IMG/VR virus record: IMGVR_UViG_3300042870_001427
Location: 100,147 to 164,146 of that record
Strand: one strand, 5' to 3'
Origin: a virus
Lineage: Duplodnaviria; Heunggongvirae; Uroviricota; Caudoviricetes
Length of the DNA stretch: 64,000 nucleotides
In this document: positions 1-10,207 of the stretch, in pieces
Position numbering within the stretch: the first letter of the stretch is position 1
Layout of the letters: each line of letters starts with the position of its first letter
Translations under genes and position numbers: made by a program
Notes under the pieces: model-generated
Seen by the model: the letters and a program-made list of their open reading frames with translations, nothing else
Database searches by the model: none
Told to the model about the DNA's origin: nothing

Positions 1-3000
1 ACTCCATTACCCTTACTACTAATACGGCAAACGTTCAGTCAGCTGTAAACGTTGGTGCAAACGTTAATTTAACTACATCTAGTATTAATGTAGGTAATGC
101 TACAGTTAACTCTACTCTTAATTCTACTACCCTTACAACCAACACCGCCAATGTCCAATCGGATGTTAATGTAGGTGCAAACGTTAATTTAACTACTTCA
201 GGTATTAACGTAGGTAATGCAACAGTTAACACGTTTATTAATTCTGTATCAGTAAATTCAAACACTGTAAATGCTGCGAGTTTAATTAACGTTGGTGCTA
301 ACGTCAATCTATCTACATCTGATATAAACGTAGGTAATGCAACAGTTAACACGTTTATTAATTCCGTTACGGTTAATTCTAATACCATTAATGCAGCAAG
401 TATTGTAAATGTAGGTGCAAACGTAAATCTATCTACATCCAGCATTAATGTTGGTAATGCAACTGTAAACACGTTTATTAATTCAGTAGCAGTTAACTCT
501 AACACAGTTAATGCTGCAAGTGCTGTCAACGTTGGTGCAAACGTCAATCTAACTACTACTAGTATAAACATTGGCAACAGCACTGTTAACTCGTCTATAA
601 CTAGCGGGGAGATTCACACCGATGGTATATTAACAGTAGCTGGTAATACAACCATAAGTGCATCAGCTAATGTAGCAACTGCAGTCAATATCGGTTCTAA
701 TGTTAACTTAACCACCTCAAGTATTAACGTTGGCAATTCGACTGTTAATACCTTCATTAACTCCGATACAATTACTACTAATACTGCCAACGTTTCTAGT
801 GCAGTTAATGTTGGCGCAAATGTTAACTTAAGTACCACTAAAATAAATGTAGGTAATAGTACAGTTAATACTTCTATTAACTCTACCTCCATTGGCATAG
901 GATCAAACGTACAGATTAGTACGTCTAGTTTTAACGTTGGTAATAGTACTGTTAATACGGCTATTACAGCAACAAGCATTTCTTCGGGTACTATAAGTGT
1001 AGGTAATACTACTGTTAATGGATCTTTGGTTGCTAATAATACTAACATTATTGGTACAGCTAATATTTCTGGTCTTTTGACTGCTGCAAGTGCAACATTT
1101 AACGGCAATGTAGCGATCACCGGTAACCTAACTGTAACAGGTACTAGTGTAACCATTAATGCAACTAGCCTGGCCGTTCAAGATAACTTAATTTACTTAA
1201 ACTCAGGCAGCACCGTATCTAACCCCGATCTTGGATTTGCTGGTAACTATAACGATGGTACGTATCATCATGCTGGCTTCTTTAGAGATGCATCAGACGG
1301 GGTATGGAAGGTATTTGACAACTATCAACCAGAGCCAGATGTAAGTCCTTATATTGATACTGCAAACGCAACGTTTAGAATTGCAGATTTCCAATCTAAC
1401 AATACCACCACTGGTAACTTAACAGTAGTTGGTTCGGCTAATGCCTCGGCTGGATTTAATGCCGGTGCTAACGTCAATATCAGTACCAGTGTAATTAATG
1501 TAGGTAACTCAACAGTAAATACTTCGGTTAACTCTACTGCAGTATTTACCAGCGGTACAATTACAAGCGGTAATACAAATGTTACTGGTACGGCTAACGT
1601 CTCTGTTGGTATTAATGTTGGTGCAAATGTCAACTTAGGCACAACTTATATTAACGTAGGCAATTCAACCGTTAATACGACCATTACTAATATATCAGTA
1701 AGCACTAATACTGTTAGTGTAATTAGTGGGGTGAGTGTAGGGTCTAATGTAAGCGTTACTACCGGATCATTATTAATCGGTAATAGCACGGTTAATACAG
1801 TTGTAAATGCTACCTCTTTAAGCACCAATAATGCAACTGTTGATTACATTATTGCCAATACCGCCAACGTTGCCGGTATTGTTAACGTCGGTGCTAATGT
1901 AAATCTTACCACCAGTTCTATAAACGTTGGTAACAGTACTGTTAATACAGTTATTAATAATATTTCTGTTACTAGCAATACTGCTAATCTGGCAAGTGCC
2001 GTCAATGTAGGCGCTAATGTTAACTTAACAACCTCTAGTATCAGTGTTGGAAATTCTACAGTTAATACATTTATTAATTCTGTAGTAGTTAACTCCAATA
2101 CTGTTAATGCAGCAAGCGCCGTTAACGTAGGTGCTAATGTTGCATTGACTACATCAAGCGTTACTGTAGGTAATTCTACAGTCAATACTTTTATTAATTC
2201 AGTAGCGGTTAATTCTAATACAATAAATGCAGCAAGCGTTATTAATATTGGTGCAAACGTAAATCTTTCTACCAGTGCTATAAACGTTGGTAATAGTACA
2301 GTCAACACTGTAATTGATAGTAGTTCTGTTACCAGCAATACCGCCAATCTAACGTTTGCAGTCAATGTAGGTGCAAACGTTAGCCTGACTACATCAAGTG
2401 TAACTGTAGGTAATTCTACAGTCAATACTGTAGTTAATTCAAGCGTCATCACTACTACCTCGGCCAACTTGGCAACCGGTGTATTGTTTGTTGGTGCAAA
2501 CTTAACAGCTAATACTACTGCACTTAAGATAGGTAATACAACGGTCAATACTGTTATTACCAGTGAATCTATCACCACTAATGGAACACTATCGGCTTAT
2601 GGTAACGTTGTATTCTCAGCATACGCCAACGTTGGTACTCAGTTAAATGTCGGTAGTAATACAAATCTTACTGCCTCCCAGATTAATGTTGGTAATGCAA
2701 GCGGTAACTCAATTATTACGGCTACCTTAGTTTCATCAACTACTGCCAATTTAAGTTCTGAAGTTAATGTAGGTGCCAACGTTAACCTGAGCACCACCCA
2801 GATCAGTGTCGGTAATAGTACCGTTAATACTGTTATTACTAGTGCTGGGTTCACCACACCTAACGTTTCTATAACGTATGCAAACGTGGCCACCCAACTT
2901 AACGTTGGTGCTAACGTCAACCTGACTACAACCTACTTTAATGTTGGTAACAGTACAGTTAATACGTACATTACATCTTCAGGTATTATTACCAACACTG

Positions 3001-3503
3001 CCAACCTATCTAACATTCTGAATGTAGGTGCTAATGTTAACTTAGGTACATCTTACTTAAGTATCGGTAATAGTACAGTTAATACTTACCTGACATCGAC
3101 TGGTATTACTACCAATACTATTAATGCATACGCTATATTAAACGTAGGTGCAAACGTTAACATTGGTACCGGTTATATCAATATCGGTAACAGTACAGTT
3201 AATACCTACATTACCAGTTCTAGTATTTACACCACGGGTACTATTGAGACTACAGCTAATGCAATCTTCGGTGCACACGTCAATGTATCAACTCAGGTAA
3301 ACATTGGCTCTGTCATCGTAGGCAAAAATGAAATTAAGGTAGGTAACAGTACAGTCAATACAGTGATTACCTCCACCAGTATAAATACCAATGGAACGAT
3401 GACAGCGAATGTTATTTCTGTTGGTAATGTAGAACAGACACAAATCAACCTTCAAGTTGATCCTGCAGGAACAGCTTTCTTAAATGCTTTGATATACGGA
3501 TAA
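1..3503 (+). CDS. Tail fibre / receptor-binding protein, 5'-partial. Frame is open from position 3 and built from ~22-aa repeats (xNVGANVNLTTSxINVGNSTVNTxI).
   Basis: The frame of ORF 1026..3503 stays open back to the window start and translates into the same repeat unit. The DNA shows ~66-bp tandem periodicity. The gene sits in the gp12/wac position upstream of neck genes gp13-15. Confidence 0.6.
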   Translation, partial: SITLTTNTANVQSAVNVGANVNLTTSSINVGNATVNSTLNSTTLTTNTANVQSDVNVGANVNLTTSGINVGNATVNTFINSVSVNSNTVNAASLINVGANVNLSTSDINVGNATVNTFINSVTVNSNTINAASIVNVGANVNLSTSSINVGNATVNTFINSVAVNSNTVNAASAVNVGANVNLTTTSINIGNSTVNSSITSGEIHTDGILTVAGNTTISASANVATAVNIGSNVNLTTSSINVGNSTVNTFINSDTITTNTANVSSAVNVGANVNLSTTKINVGNSTVNTSINSTSIGIGSNVQISTSSFNVGNSTVNTAITATSISSGTISVGNTTVNGSLVANNTNIIGTANISGLLTAASATFNGNVAITGNLTVTGTSVTINATSLAVQDNLIYLNSGSTVSNPDLGFAGNYNDGTYHHAGFFRDASDGVWKVFDNYQPEPDVSPYIDTANATFRIADFQSNNTTTGNLTVVGSANASAGFNAGANVNISTSVINVGNSTVNTSVNSTAVFTSGTITSGNTNVTGTANVSVGINVGANVNLGTTYINVGNSTVNTTITNISVSTNTVSVISGVSVGSNVSVTTGSLLIGNSTVNTVVNATSLSTNNATVDYIIANTANVAGIVNVGANVNLTTSSINVGNSTVNTVINNISVTSNTANLASAVNVGANVNLTTSSISVGNSTVNTFINSVVVNSNTVNAASAVNVGANVALTTSSVTVGNSTVNTFINSVAVNSNTINAASVINIGANVNLSTSAINVGNSTVNTVIDSSSVTSNTANLTFAVNVGANVSLTTSSVTVGNSTVNTVVNSSVITTTSANLATGVLFVGANLTANTTALKIGNTTVNTVITSESITTNGTLSAYGNVVFSAYANVGTQLNVGSNTNLTASQINVGNASGNSIITATLVSSTTANLSSEVNVGANVNLSTTQISVGNSTVNTVITSAGFTTPNVSITYANVATQLNVGANVNLTTTYFNVGNSTVNTYITSSGIITNTANLSNILNVGANVNLGTSYLSIGNSTVNTYLTSTGITTNTINAYAILNVGANVNIGTGYINIGNSTVNTYITSSSIYTTGTIETTANAIFGAHVNVSTQVNIGSVIVGKNEIKVGNSTVNTVITSTSINTNGTMTANVISVGNVEQTQINLQVDPAGTAFLNALIYG

Positions 3504-3506
3504 CCC

Positions 3507-3827
3507 ATGGCCTCAACACAAACCAGTTTCGTTAACGATGCTATTGGCATTACAGCCAATACAATCTTTACAGCCAACAACACCACCGCCTTGGTAGGTG
3601 TTCAGATTGCTAATATTTCTAACAGTGCAATCACTATAGATCTTTACGTAACCAGAAGTGCTTCAAACTACTACCTGGTCAAAGGCGCAACGGTGGCAGT
3701 AGGTGGTGCGTTGGCCGCAATTGGTGGAGACGTTAAACACTTCCTGGTACTAAACGATGCATTAAAAGTCGTATCAAGCGCGGCTAACTCTGCCCACGCC
3801 CTGACGTCTGTAGCCGTAGGAGTCTAA
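3507..3827 (+). CDS. Small hypothetical protein between fibre genes; possible fibre assembly or adaptor protein.
   Basis: The ORF is tightly packed between two fibre genes, ending at 3827 with the next gene starting at 3828. Confidence 0.4.
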   Translation: MASTQTSFVNDAIGITANTIFTANNTTALVGVQIANISNSAITIDLYVTRSASNYYLVKGATVAVGGALAAIGGDVKHFLVLNDALKVVSSAANSAHALTSVAVGV

Positions 3828-6764
3828 ATGGCAACAATAGGTAATTCATTAGCACCGTACTTCACCGCTACCACCTCTGATGTATTCAGTGCAAATGGTT
3901 CCGGTACTACGTTTACTTTAACCCGTAGTATTTCAAATCTGGTTGATATTGAAGTACTGGTTAACAATATTCAGCAAAACCCATTTAATGGTGCGTATTC
4001 AGTTAATGGTAATACACTAACATTTTCTGAGGCACCTTCGGTAGGTGCTAATAATGTATTAGTAAATTATAGACAGGCGGTAATTGGTTCTTCTATTCCA
4101 ACCCCTAATACTGTTGCCTCTATCTCCTTACAGCGTGATCTTACCCTTGGCGGTAATACTACATCTAACGGTACCATGTTTACCCAGGCCTTGGTACCAA
4201 CGGCCAACGTCACATACGATATCGGTACCAGTACTTTAAGATACAAAGATATTTACCTGAGTGGTGCAACTATTAATCTTGGTGATGTTAGTCTTTCGGC
4301 ATCAGGTAACACATTTACTGTTGCCAATAGTACCGGTGGTACTTTACCATCCAGTATGGGTAATACCACAATTACTGGTACGGCCAACGTAACCGGTGAT
4401 ATGACCATTGGCGGTAATTTGACTGTTACCGGCACAATGACCTATATTAATACCACCGATTTAAATATTGGTGATGCAATCATATCATTGAATGCCGATC
4501 TAGCTGCTAATATTGCACCAACCGAAGATGCAGGCATTAGTATTAACCGCGGTGCTAGTACTAACGCCCAGTTCAAATGGATCGAGTCAACAGATAATTG
4601 GTCACTAGGTAATACAACAATTAGCGGTATCTTAACTTCTAACGATCATGTTATTACAGGTACTGCTAACGTAAGCAGCGCTATTAACGTAGGTGCAAAC
4701 GTTAATTTAAGCACCAGCCAGATTAATGTCGGTAATAGCACTGTTAATACGGTTATATCATCCTCAGCATTAACCACAACATCCAATACTGCTACATTTG
4801 GTACAGCTGTTTATATTGCCGCTAATGGTAACTTGGGTATTGGGATAGGTTCCCCAAGTTATCGAGGTCACTTCAGATCTACAGGAACTTCGTCAATTGT
4901 ACGAGCAGATAGGTCTGAAAACAACTCGTTATATCTTGAAATAGGTGCAGATGGTAACGGCGGCGTGGTTAACGGAAGTCCTGCTGTGTTGTTTCAAACT
5001 ACTGGGACAGAGCGCGCACGTATTGACTCTAGCGGTAACTTGGGTGTTGGCACTACAGCTCCGACCACGAGACTTTCAATTAATACGTCCACACAAAATA
5101 GTGAAGCGGCAACTATTGGCGGTATTGATTATAGCGGTACAAAGCGCGGTTTATCTATTAGAACATATCAAAGTCTTGGTGGCGATGACTGTGGTGTAGA
5201 GTTTAATGCTGCCCCTAGTAACTCAGGGTACGGCGCTTTTAAGTTCAGTGCGGCAAACACTACTCTTGCAATCCTCTCTGCTAACGGTAACTTAGGTATT
5301 GGGACGAGTTCTCCAGCTCAATTAGTTGACGCATATAAATCTGCAAATGCTGACGTTGTTTATCAAATAACCAACGATAACAGCGGTAGTTCTGCAACAG
5401 CTCAATTTTTCGCAAGCAATGGTTCTACTAGAACACAATTCTTCCACACCGGAGGAAGCTACAGCGGCGCTGGCGTATTAGCGTCTGCTCCCGGTATCGG
5501 AGGTATTTACAATACTACGGCTCAAGGACTTGCGTTAATTTCTGCTCATGCTTCTGGTGTAATTAAATTTGCTACAGGCTCTTCCAACACAGAGCGTATG
5601 CGTATTGACTCCAGCGGTAACTTAAGAATGCCATGGGGCAGCGGTAAAATTTCTTGGTATTATGACGGAAGTTATGAGATGGGTTTAGCGACCGATGCTA
5701 GTTCCAGATCTTTGTATATAGATAATAAATCTAGTGACAGTGGTGGCGCTATTATTTTTCGCAATACAATAAATGGTACCCTGTCAGAAAAAATGAGCCT
5801 CGACTCCAGCGGTAACTTGACAGTTGCTGGTAATATTCGTAGTTTTGTATCACCTTCCGGTATTACTCTAAATGCCAATCAATACACAGATATAATGTAT
5901 ATTGGTGCTGGCGGATATGGATCAATAATGTCCGGTATTCTAACAGTATACAGTACATATTCTGGAGCTGTAACACAAAATAGTTATTTTGTTAATGCAA
6001 TTGGTAACGGTGGTGGTACTGGAATTACCATGCTTGCAAATGGTAATTATAGTTCTCCAGCCACTACTATTCTTTATGATAGGGGAAATGGCGTATTAGG
6101 TGGAGGTAGTCGTGTTATTTCTGTGTATAACGCAACTGGTACTACTATTGTTATTTCGTTTAGCTTTACCCCGGTAGGACAGTATAATTCTGCAGCTTTT
6201 TATACATCAGCCATTAATGGTGTAACTGCTGGAGCCGGTACTGGGGTTCCATCATCAGACCCAGTTTACTTTGGCCAAAACTACGCCCAAGTAAAAGCAG
6301 CTAATATTATATTTCCTAGCTCTCAATCAGCATCAACTGACGCAAACTGCTTGGATGATTATGAAGAGGGTAATTGGACTCCAAATTTAACGGGATCCAT
6401 TGGCGGCACTTATACAATGGGCGGTAGTAATAGTGGTCGGTATGTAAAAATTGGAAAGATGATATTTGTAACAGCAACAGTCCATTGGACTGCGGTGTCG
6501 GCAGGATATTCTGGAAACCTTGTTGTTAGCGGGCTTCCTTATCCCTGTGGAACAAATAGAGCAGCTGGTACTGTGGGTGCTGTGAGTAGTGGATTAACTT
6601 TTACGGCAGGATATGGCGAATGGCATATAGTAATTGATCCAAATCAATTTTTCATTTACGTCATACAAAGTTCAACAACAGGATCTGGTTACGCACACAA
6701 TCCAACAGTCGGTTCTTCTGGCCTTGTTTACTCTATATCCCTAGTTTATGAAGCAGGAGCATAA
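3828..6764 (+). CDS. Tail fibre protein, paralogue 2 (978 aa).
   Basis: It shares the module NVTGDMTIGGNLTVTGTMTYINTTDLNIGDAIISLNADLAANIAPTEDAGISINRGASTNAQFKWIESTDNWSLGNT with ORF 12824. It also has the NVGANVNLSTSQINVGNSTVNTVI repeat and RIDSSGNLG motifs. Confidence 0.7.
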   Translation: MATIGNSLAPYFTATTSDVFSANGSGTTFTLTRSISNLVDIEVLVNNIQQNPFNGAYSVNGNTLTFSEAPSVGANNVLVNYRQAVIGSSIPTPNTVASISLQRDLTLGGNTTSNGTMFTQALVPTANVTYDIGTSTLRYKDIYLSGATINLGDVSLSASGNTFTVANSTGGTLPSSMGNTTITGTANVTGDMTIGGNLTVTGTMTYINTTDLNIGDAIISLNADLAANIAPTEDAGISINRGASTNAQFKWIESTDNWSLGNTTISGILTSNDHVITGTANVSSAINVGANVNLSTSQINVGNSTVNTVISSSALTTTSNTATFGTAVYIAANGNLGIGIGSPSYRGHFRSTGTSSIVRADRSENNSLYLEIGADGNGGVVNGSPAVLFQTTGTERARIDSSGNLGVGTTAPTTRLSINTSTQNSEAATIGGIDYSGTKRGLSIRTYQSLGGDDCGVEFNAAPSNSGYGAFKFSAANTTLAILSANGNLGIGTSSPAQLVDAYKSANADVVYQITNDNSGSSATAQFFASNGSTRTQFFHTGGSYSGAGVLASAPGIGGIYNTTAQGLALISAHASGVIKFATGSSNTERMRIDSSGNLRMPWGSGKISWYYDGSYEMGLATDASSRSLYIDNKSSDSGGAIIFRNTINGTLSEKMSLDSSGNLTVAGNIRSFVSPSGITLNANQYTDIMYIGAGGYGSIMSGILTVYSTYSGAVTQNSYFVNAIGNGGGTGITMLANGNYSSPATTILYDRGNGVLGGGSRVISVYNATGTTIVISFSFTPVGQYNSAAFYTSAINGVTAGAGTGVPSSDPVYFGQNYAQVKAANIIFPSSQSASTDANCLDDYEEGNWTPNLTGSIGGTYTMGGSNSGRYVKIGKMIFVTATVHWTAVSAGYSGNLVVSGLPYPCGTNRAAGTVGAVSSGLTFTAGYGEWHIVIDPNQFFIYVIQSSTTGSGYAHNPTVGSSGLVYSISLVYEAGA

Positions 6765-6773
6765 AGGAAAAAA

Positions 6774-7025
6774 ATGTCAATAATTAAAACAACCTCAATT
6801 GATCAAATTACAGTCACCGAAAATGGCGGTGTTCTCTATCGTGAAGCTACACGCATAATTGAAGATGGAAACGAATTAAGTAAAACTTATCATCGTTCAA
6901 GTCTAATGCCAGGCCAAGACCTAACAGGTGTTCCGGATAATGTCGTTGCTATCTGCAATCTTACATGGACCCCAGAAGTCATTGCTGCCTACCAGGCACA
7001 AATTGCAGCCCCTTTCGGAACTTAA
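6774..7025 (+). CDS. Hypothetical small protein (83 aa).
   Basis: ORF with an AGGAAA ribosome-binding site upstream, lying between fibre genes. Confidence 0.4.
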   Translation: MSIIKTTSIDQITVTENGGVLYREATRIIEDGNELSKTYHRSSLMPGQDLTGVPDNVVAICNLTWTPEVIAAYQAQIAAPFGT

Positions 7026-7038
7026 ATAAATATAAACC

Positions 7039-9855
7039 ATGCCATACATAGGTAACCAACCGTTCGGAAAGACAGTACGAACAGTAACCACAGAAACAAT
7101 CACCAGTGTTAAAACTGCCTATTATCCAAACGGTGGATACATGGCCGGTTACGTTGACGTATATGTCAACGGGGTACGTCTATCAGAATCTTTAGACTTC
7201 ACCGCCACCGATGGTTCATTAGTCACCTTACTTTATTCACCAAGCATAGGGGATACGGTAGAAATAGTAACGTATGGGTCGGTAGAAATTGCCAATGCCG
7301 TCAGACGTTCAGGTGATACTTTTTCTGGTAACGTCTATGTTGGTTCCAATGTATACATTTCTACCAGCACCATCAGTGTCGGTAATGCTACCGTTAACAC
7401 CCAGATAACCGCCGGTAACATAGCCTTAAACGGCTCCACATTGACCATTGGTAACAGTACCGTCAATACCGTGTTTACCGGGGATACGGTGACTGTTGGT
7501 GGTACATTGAGTCTAGGTAACACCTCCATTACTGGGACGGCCAATGTAACTACAGCCATCAACGTCGGTGCAAACGTGTCTATGAATACTACCTCTATAC
7601 GGGTTGGTAATAGCACGGTCAACACCTACATTGTTTCCGATACCATTTACGGTCCTTCGACTCTTTACATTGATCCAGCCGCCGCCGGCGACAATACCGG
7701 TCTGGTTATAGTAAAAGGTGACTTACAGGTTGACGGTACGACATTTACTATCAATAGTGCCAACGTTACGGTTAACGATAAGAATGTAGTGTTGGCCAGT
7801 GGTGCTATTAATAATGCTGCCACCGATGGGGCCGGGCTTACTATTTTCGGCACCAATGCTAACCTGACGTATAATGCCACAGGTAACAACTTTGAAATGT
7901 CTCGTGGGTTAAGCATCACCGGGACGGCAAACGTTTCTGTTGGATTGAATGTAGGTGCTAATGTCAATTTAAGTACCAGTCAAATTAACGTCGGTAATAG
8001 TACGGTTAATACAGTTATATCAGCTGCTTCTCTAACCACTACCTCAAATACCGTTTCATTAGGCACAGCTGCATACGTCGTATCCAATGGTAATGTAGGT
8101 ATCGCGACGAATTCACCTGCTACAAAACTTCACGTATCAGGTGGCACTATTAGAAACTCTGGAACAAATGGTGTTTTGCAGTTGATGGATGGCAATGTCA
8201 CTGGCGGTGTAAAAATTGCATCATATAACCCTGCTGCTAGTGCTGATGGATATTTAGCCTTTGAAGGCTACACCATAGAATACGGTAGATTTAATTCCAG
8301 CGGTAACTTGGGTATTGGTACAAGTTCACCGGAGGATAGGCTTCATGCTGTAGCGGCAGTGGCAGCAGGGTTGTCATTGCAAGCAAGTGGTACTGGTGGT
8401 AGCACATGGAGAATTCTATCTACAGATAATGCTGCTAGTTTGGGCGGTGGATATCTTGGGTTTAATAATGGTAGTTATCGCATGGTGCTCGACTCCAGCG
8501 GTAACTTGGGTTTAGGTACTACAAGTCCATATTCAGCAGCGGGATATTCTTCGCTTACATTGAATAATACTACTGGTTCTCAAATTCGGATGCGTTCTAG
8601 CGGAACTGATATTGGTTTGATTTTCAATACCGCAAGTTCATTCAATGTTTATACCAGCGGCGCTATACCTTTAGTTCTTTCAACAAACGACACAGAACGA
8701 GCCCGTATTGACTCCAGCGGTAACTTGGGCTTGGGAACTACAACACCTTCAACTGGTAAATTTAGCGATGCGTCATATGCGTTTTTAATTCAATCTGCAA
8801 GTACAAGCACAGGAACTAATATTTTTGCCAGCAATTCTGATAACTCAAAATTTGTTGGCTTCTGGAGTGGTCATTCGGGGGCAGAGCCTGCAGTTGGGGT
8901 TAAGACTGGTAATGCGTTTACATTTGGTAAATGGGCTGCAATAAACGGGACTGGCGGTTTTACCGAAAATATGCGTATCGACTCCAGCGGCAACTTGAGT
9001 ATAGGTGGTTTTTCTCCTAATGCCTGGAGTACTGGATATAGAGCCATAAATTTATTCAGTTCTAATTCATTAGGCTTAGCTGGTTCAGATTATGGGTCGC
9101 AATTAACTAACAATTGTTATTATTCTGCTGCAAATGAGTGGACAAGAGTAGGTGCGTCATATGGTGCAGGTAGGTATGAGCAGTTTAATGGATACCATGC
9201 TTGGTACGGTAATGCCGCAGGCGCCGCGGGAGCATTTACTCCTACGTTTAATATGATCCTATCAACCGCTGGTTACTTAGGTATAGGTACGTCTAATCCT
9301 TCTGAAAAAATACATGTATACGGTACGGCAGCATCTGGAAGCAACCAAGGTCCTCGCATTAATTTACAATATTCCGGTACTTCCGGGGCTGCTGAATCAT
9401 TAATAAACTTTTTGGACTTTAGAGGTGCAGTAAACGCGGCTATAGGTAATAACTTACAAGATGATGGAGTTGGAACAGCGGCTGCCCATATGGTATTTAA
9501 AACTGCCGTTAGCGGTACATTATATGAGCGCATGCGCTTGGATACTAGCGGCCAATTACAATTTCCTCTAACTTCTCATGGTACAGCACAAATATCAAAC
9601 GTTTATTCTTTAAACGTTGCAAGTGGTGGTACTGTTGACTTTGCAAATTTTTCTGGAATGATTATTGTAAATAATTGGAATCAAGGTTCAGTTTCTTTGT
9701 GGATAGCTGGTGGGGGTACATATACGTTAGTAGCTGGTATTGCTGCCTATTATGGTAGTCTTAGTTTTACTTCTGGATTCTATAGATGGACTTCTAACGC
9801 ACCTTCAACTATGACCTATACCTTTACGGCCATTCGCACCCGTACTAACGCATAA
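7039..9855 (+). CDS. Tail fibre protein, paralogue 3 (938 aa), with a repeated [MR]IDSSGNLG[IL]GTxSP motif.
   Basis: It shares the GTANVSVGLNVGANVNLSTSQINVGNSTVNTVISAASLTTTSNTVSLGTAAYV module with ORFs 3828 and 10208. The SSGNLG motif recurs more than 6 times. Confidence 0.7.
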   Translation: MPYIGNQPFGKTVRTVTTETITSVKTAYYPNGGYMAGYVDVYVNGVRLSESLDFTATDGSLVTLLYSPSIGDTVEIVTYGSVEIANAVRRSGDTFSGNVYVGSNVYISTSTISVGNATVNTQITAGNIALNGSTLTIGNSTVNTVFTGDTVTVGGTLSLGNTSITGTANVTTAINVGANVSMNTTSIRVGNSTVNTYIVSDTIYGPSTLYIDPAAAGDNTGLVIVKGDLQVDGTTFTINSANVTVNDKNVVLASGAINNAATDGAGLTIFGTNANLTYNATGNNFEMSRGLSITGTANVSVGLNVGANVNLSTSQINVGNSTVNTVISAASLTTTSNTVSLGTAAYVVSNGNVGIATNSPATKLHVSGGTIRNSGTNGVLQLMDGNVTGGVKIASYNPAASADGYLAFEGYTIEYGRFNSSGNLGIGTSSPEDRLHAVAAVAAGLSLQASGTGGSTWRILSTDNAASLGGGYLGFNNGSYRMVLDSSGNLGLGTTSPYSAAGYSSLTLNNTTGSQIRMRSSGTDIGLIFNTASSFNVYTSGAIPLVLSTNDTERARIDSSGNLGLGTTTPSTGKFSDASYAFLIQSASTSTGTNIFASNSDNSKFVGFWSGHSGAEPAVGVKTGNAFTFGKWAAINGTGGFTENMRIDSSGNLSIGGFSPNAWSTGYRAINLFSSNSLGLAGSDYGSQLTNNCYYSAANEWTRVGASYGAGRYEQFNGYHAWYGNAAGAAGAFTPTFNMILSTAGYLGIGTSNPSEKIHVYGTAASGSNQGPRINLQYSGTSGAAESLINFLDFRGAVNAAIGNNLQDDGVGTAAAHMVFKTAVSGTLYERMRLDTSGQLQFPLTSHGTAQISNVYSLNVASGGTVDFANFSGMIIVNNWNQGSVSLWIAGGGTYTLVAGIAAYYGSLSFTSGFYRWTSNAPSTMTYTFTAIRTRTNA

Positions 9856-9864
9856 GGAATTAAT

Positions 9865-10167
9865 ATGGAATACAAAAAAGTAAAAATTGACGGGCAACAG
9901 AATCACTTTGAAATTACCGTAGAAAAAGACGGCAAAGAAATTACATTTATTGCAGCCGTTGCATCTGAAGACCAATTGGATGAAGTTGTTCAATATCATT
10001 TGGATTCACTAGATAAACCAATCCCTGTATACACTCCTACCTACAGTGACTTACGTAGGTCAGAATACCCATCGTTTGCCGATCAATTTGATTTGCTGTA
10101 TCACGGCGGCTATGATGAATGGAAGGCAGCCATTGATACTATTAAAGCAAGATATCCTAAACCTTAA
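9865..10167 (+). CDS. Hypothetical protein (100 aa).
   Basis: ORF with a GGAAT ribosome-binding site, lying between fibre genes. Confidence 0.4.
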   Translation: MEYKKVKIDGQQNHFEITVEKDGKEITFIAAVASEDQLDEVVQYHLDSLDKPIPVYTPTYSDLRRSEYPSFADQFDLLYHGGYDEWKAAIDTIKARYPKP

Positions 10168-10207
10168 TTAACACTCTAGTTGACACCAACAACGATAAAT
10201 AACCAAA

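Noticed and set aside
35-2920. Multiple long minus-strand ORFs (35..583, 614..1156, 1349..1642, 1646..1828, 1844..2578, 2639..2920) across the first fibre gene.
   Set aside because: They are antisense to a continuous, repeat-structured + strand reading frame. The repeats are poor in stop codons on both strands. The translated products are low-complexity mirror images (LTVALPTL…) and have no start-site signals.
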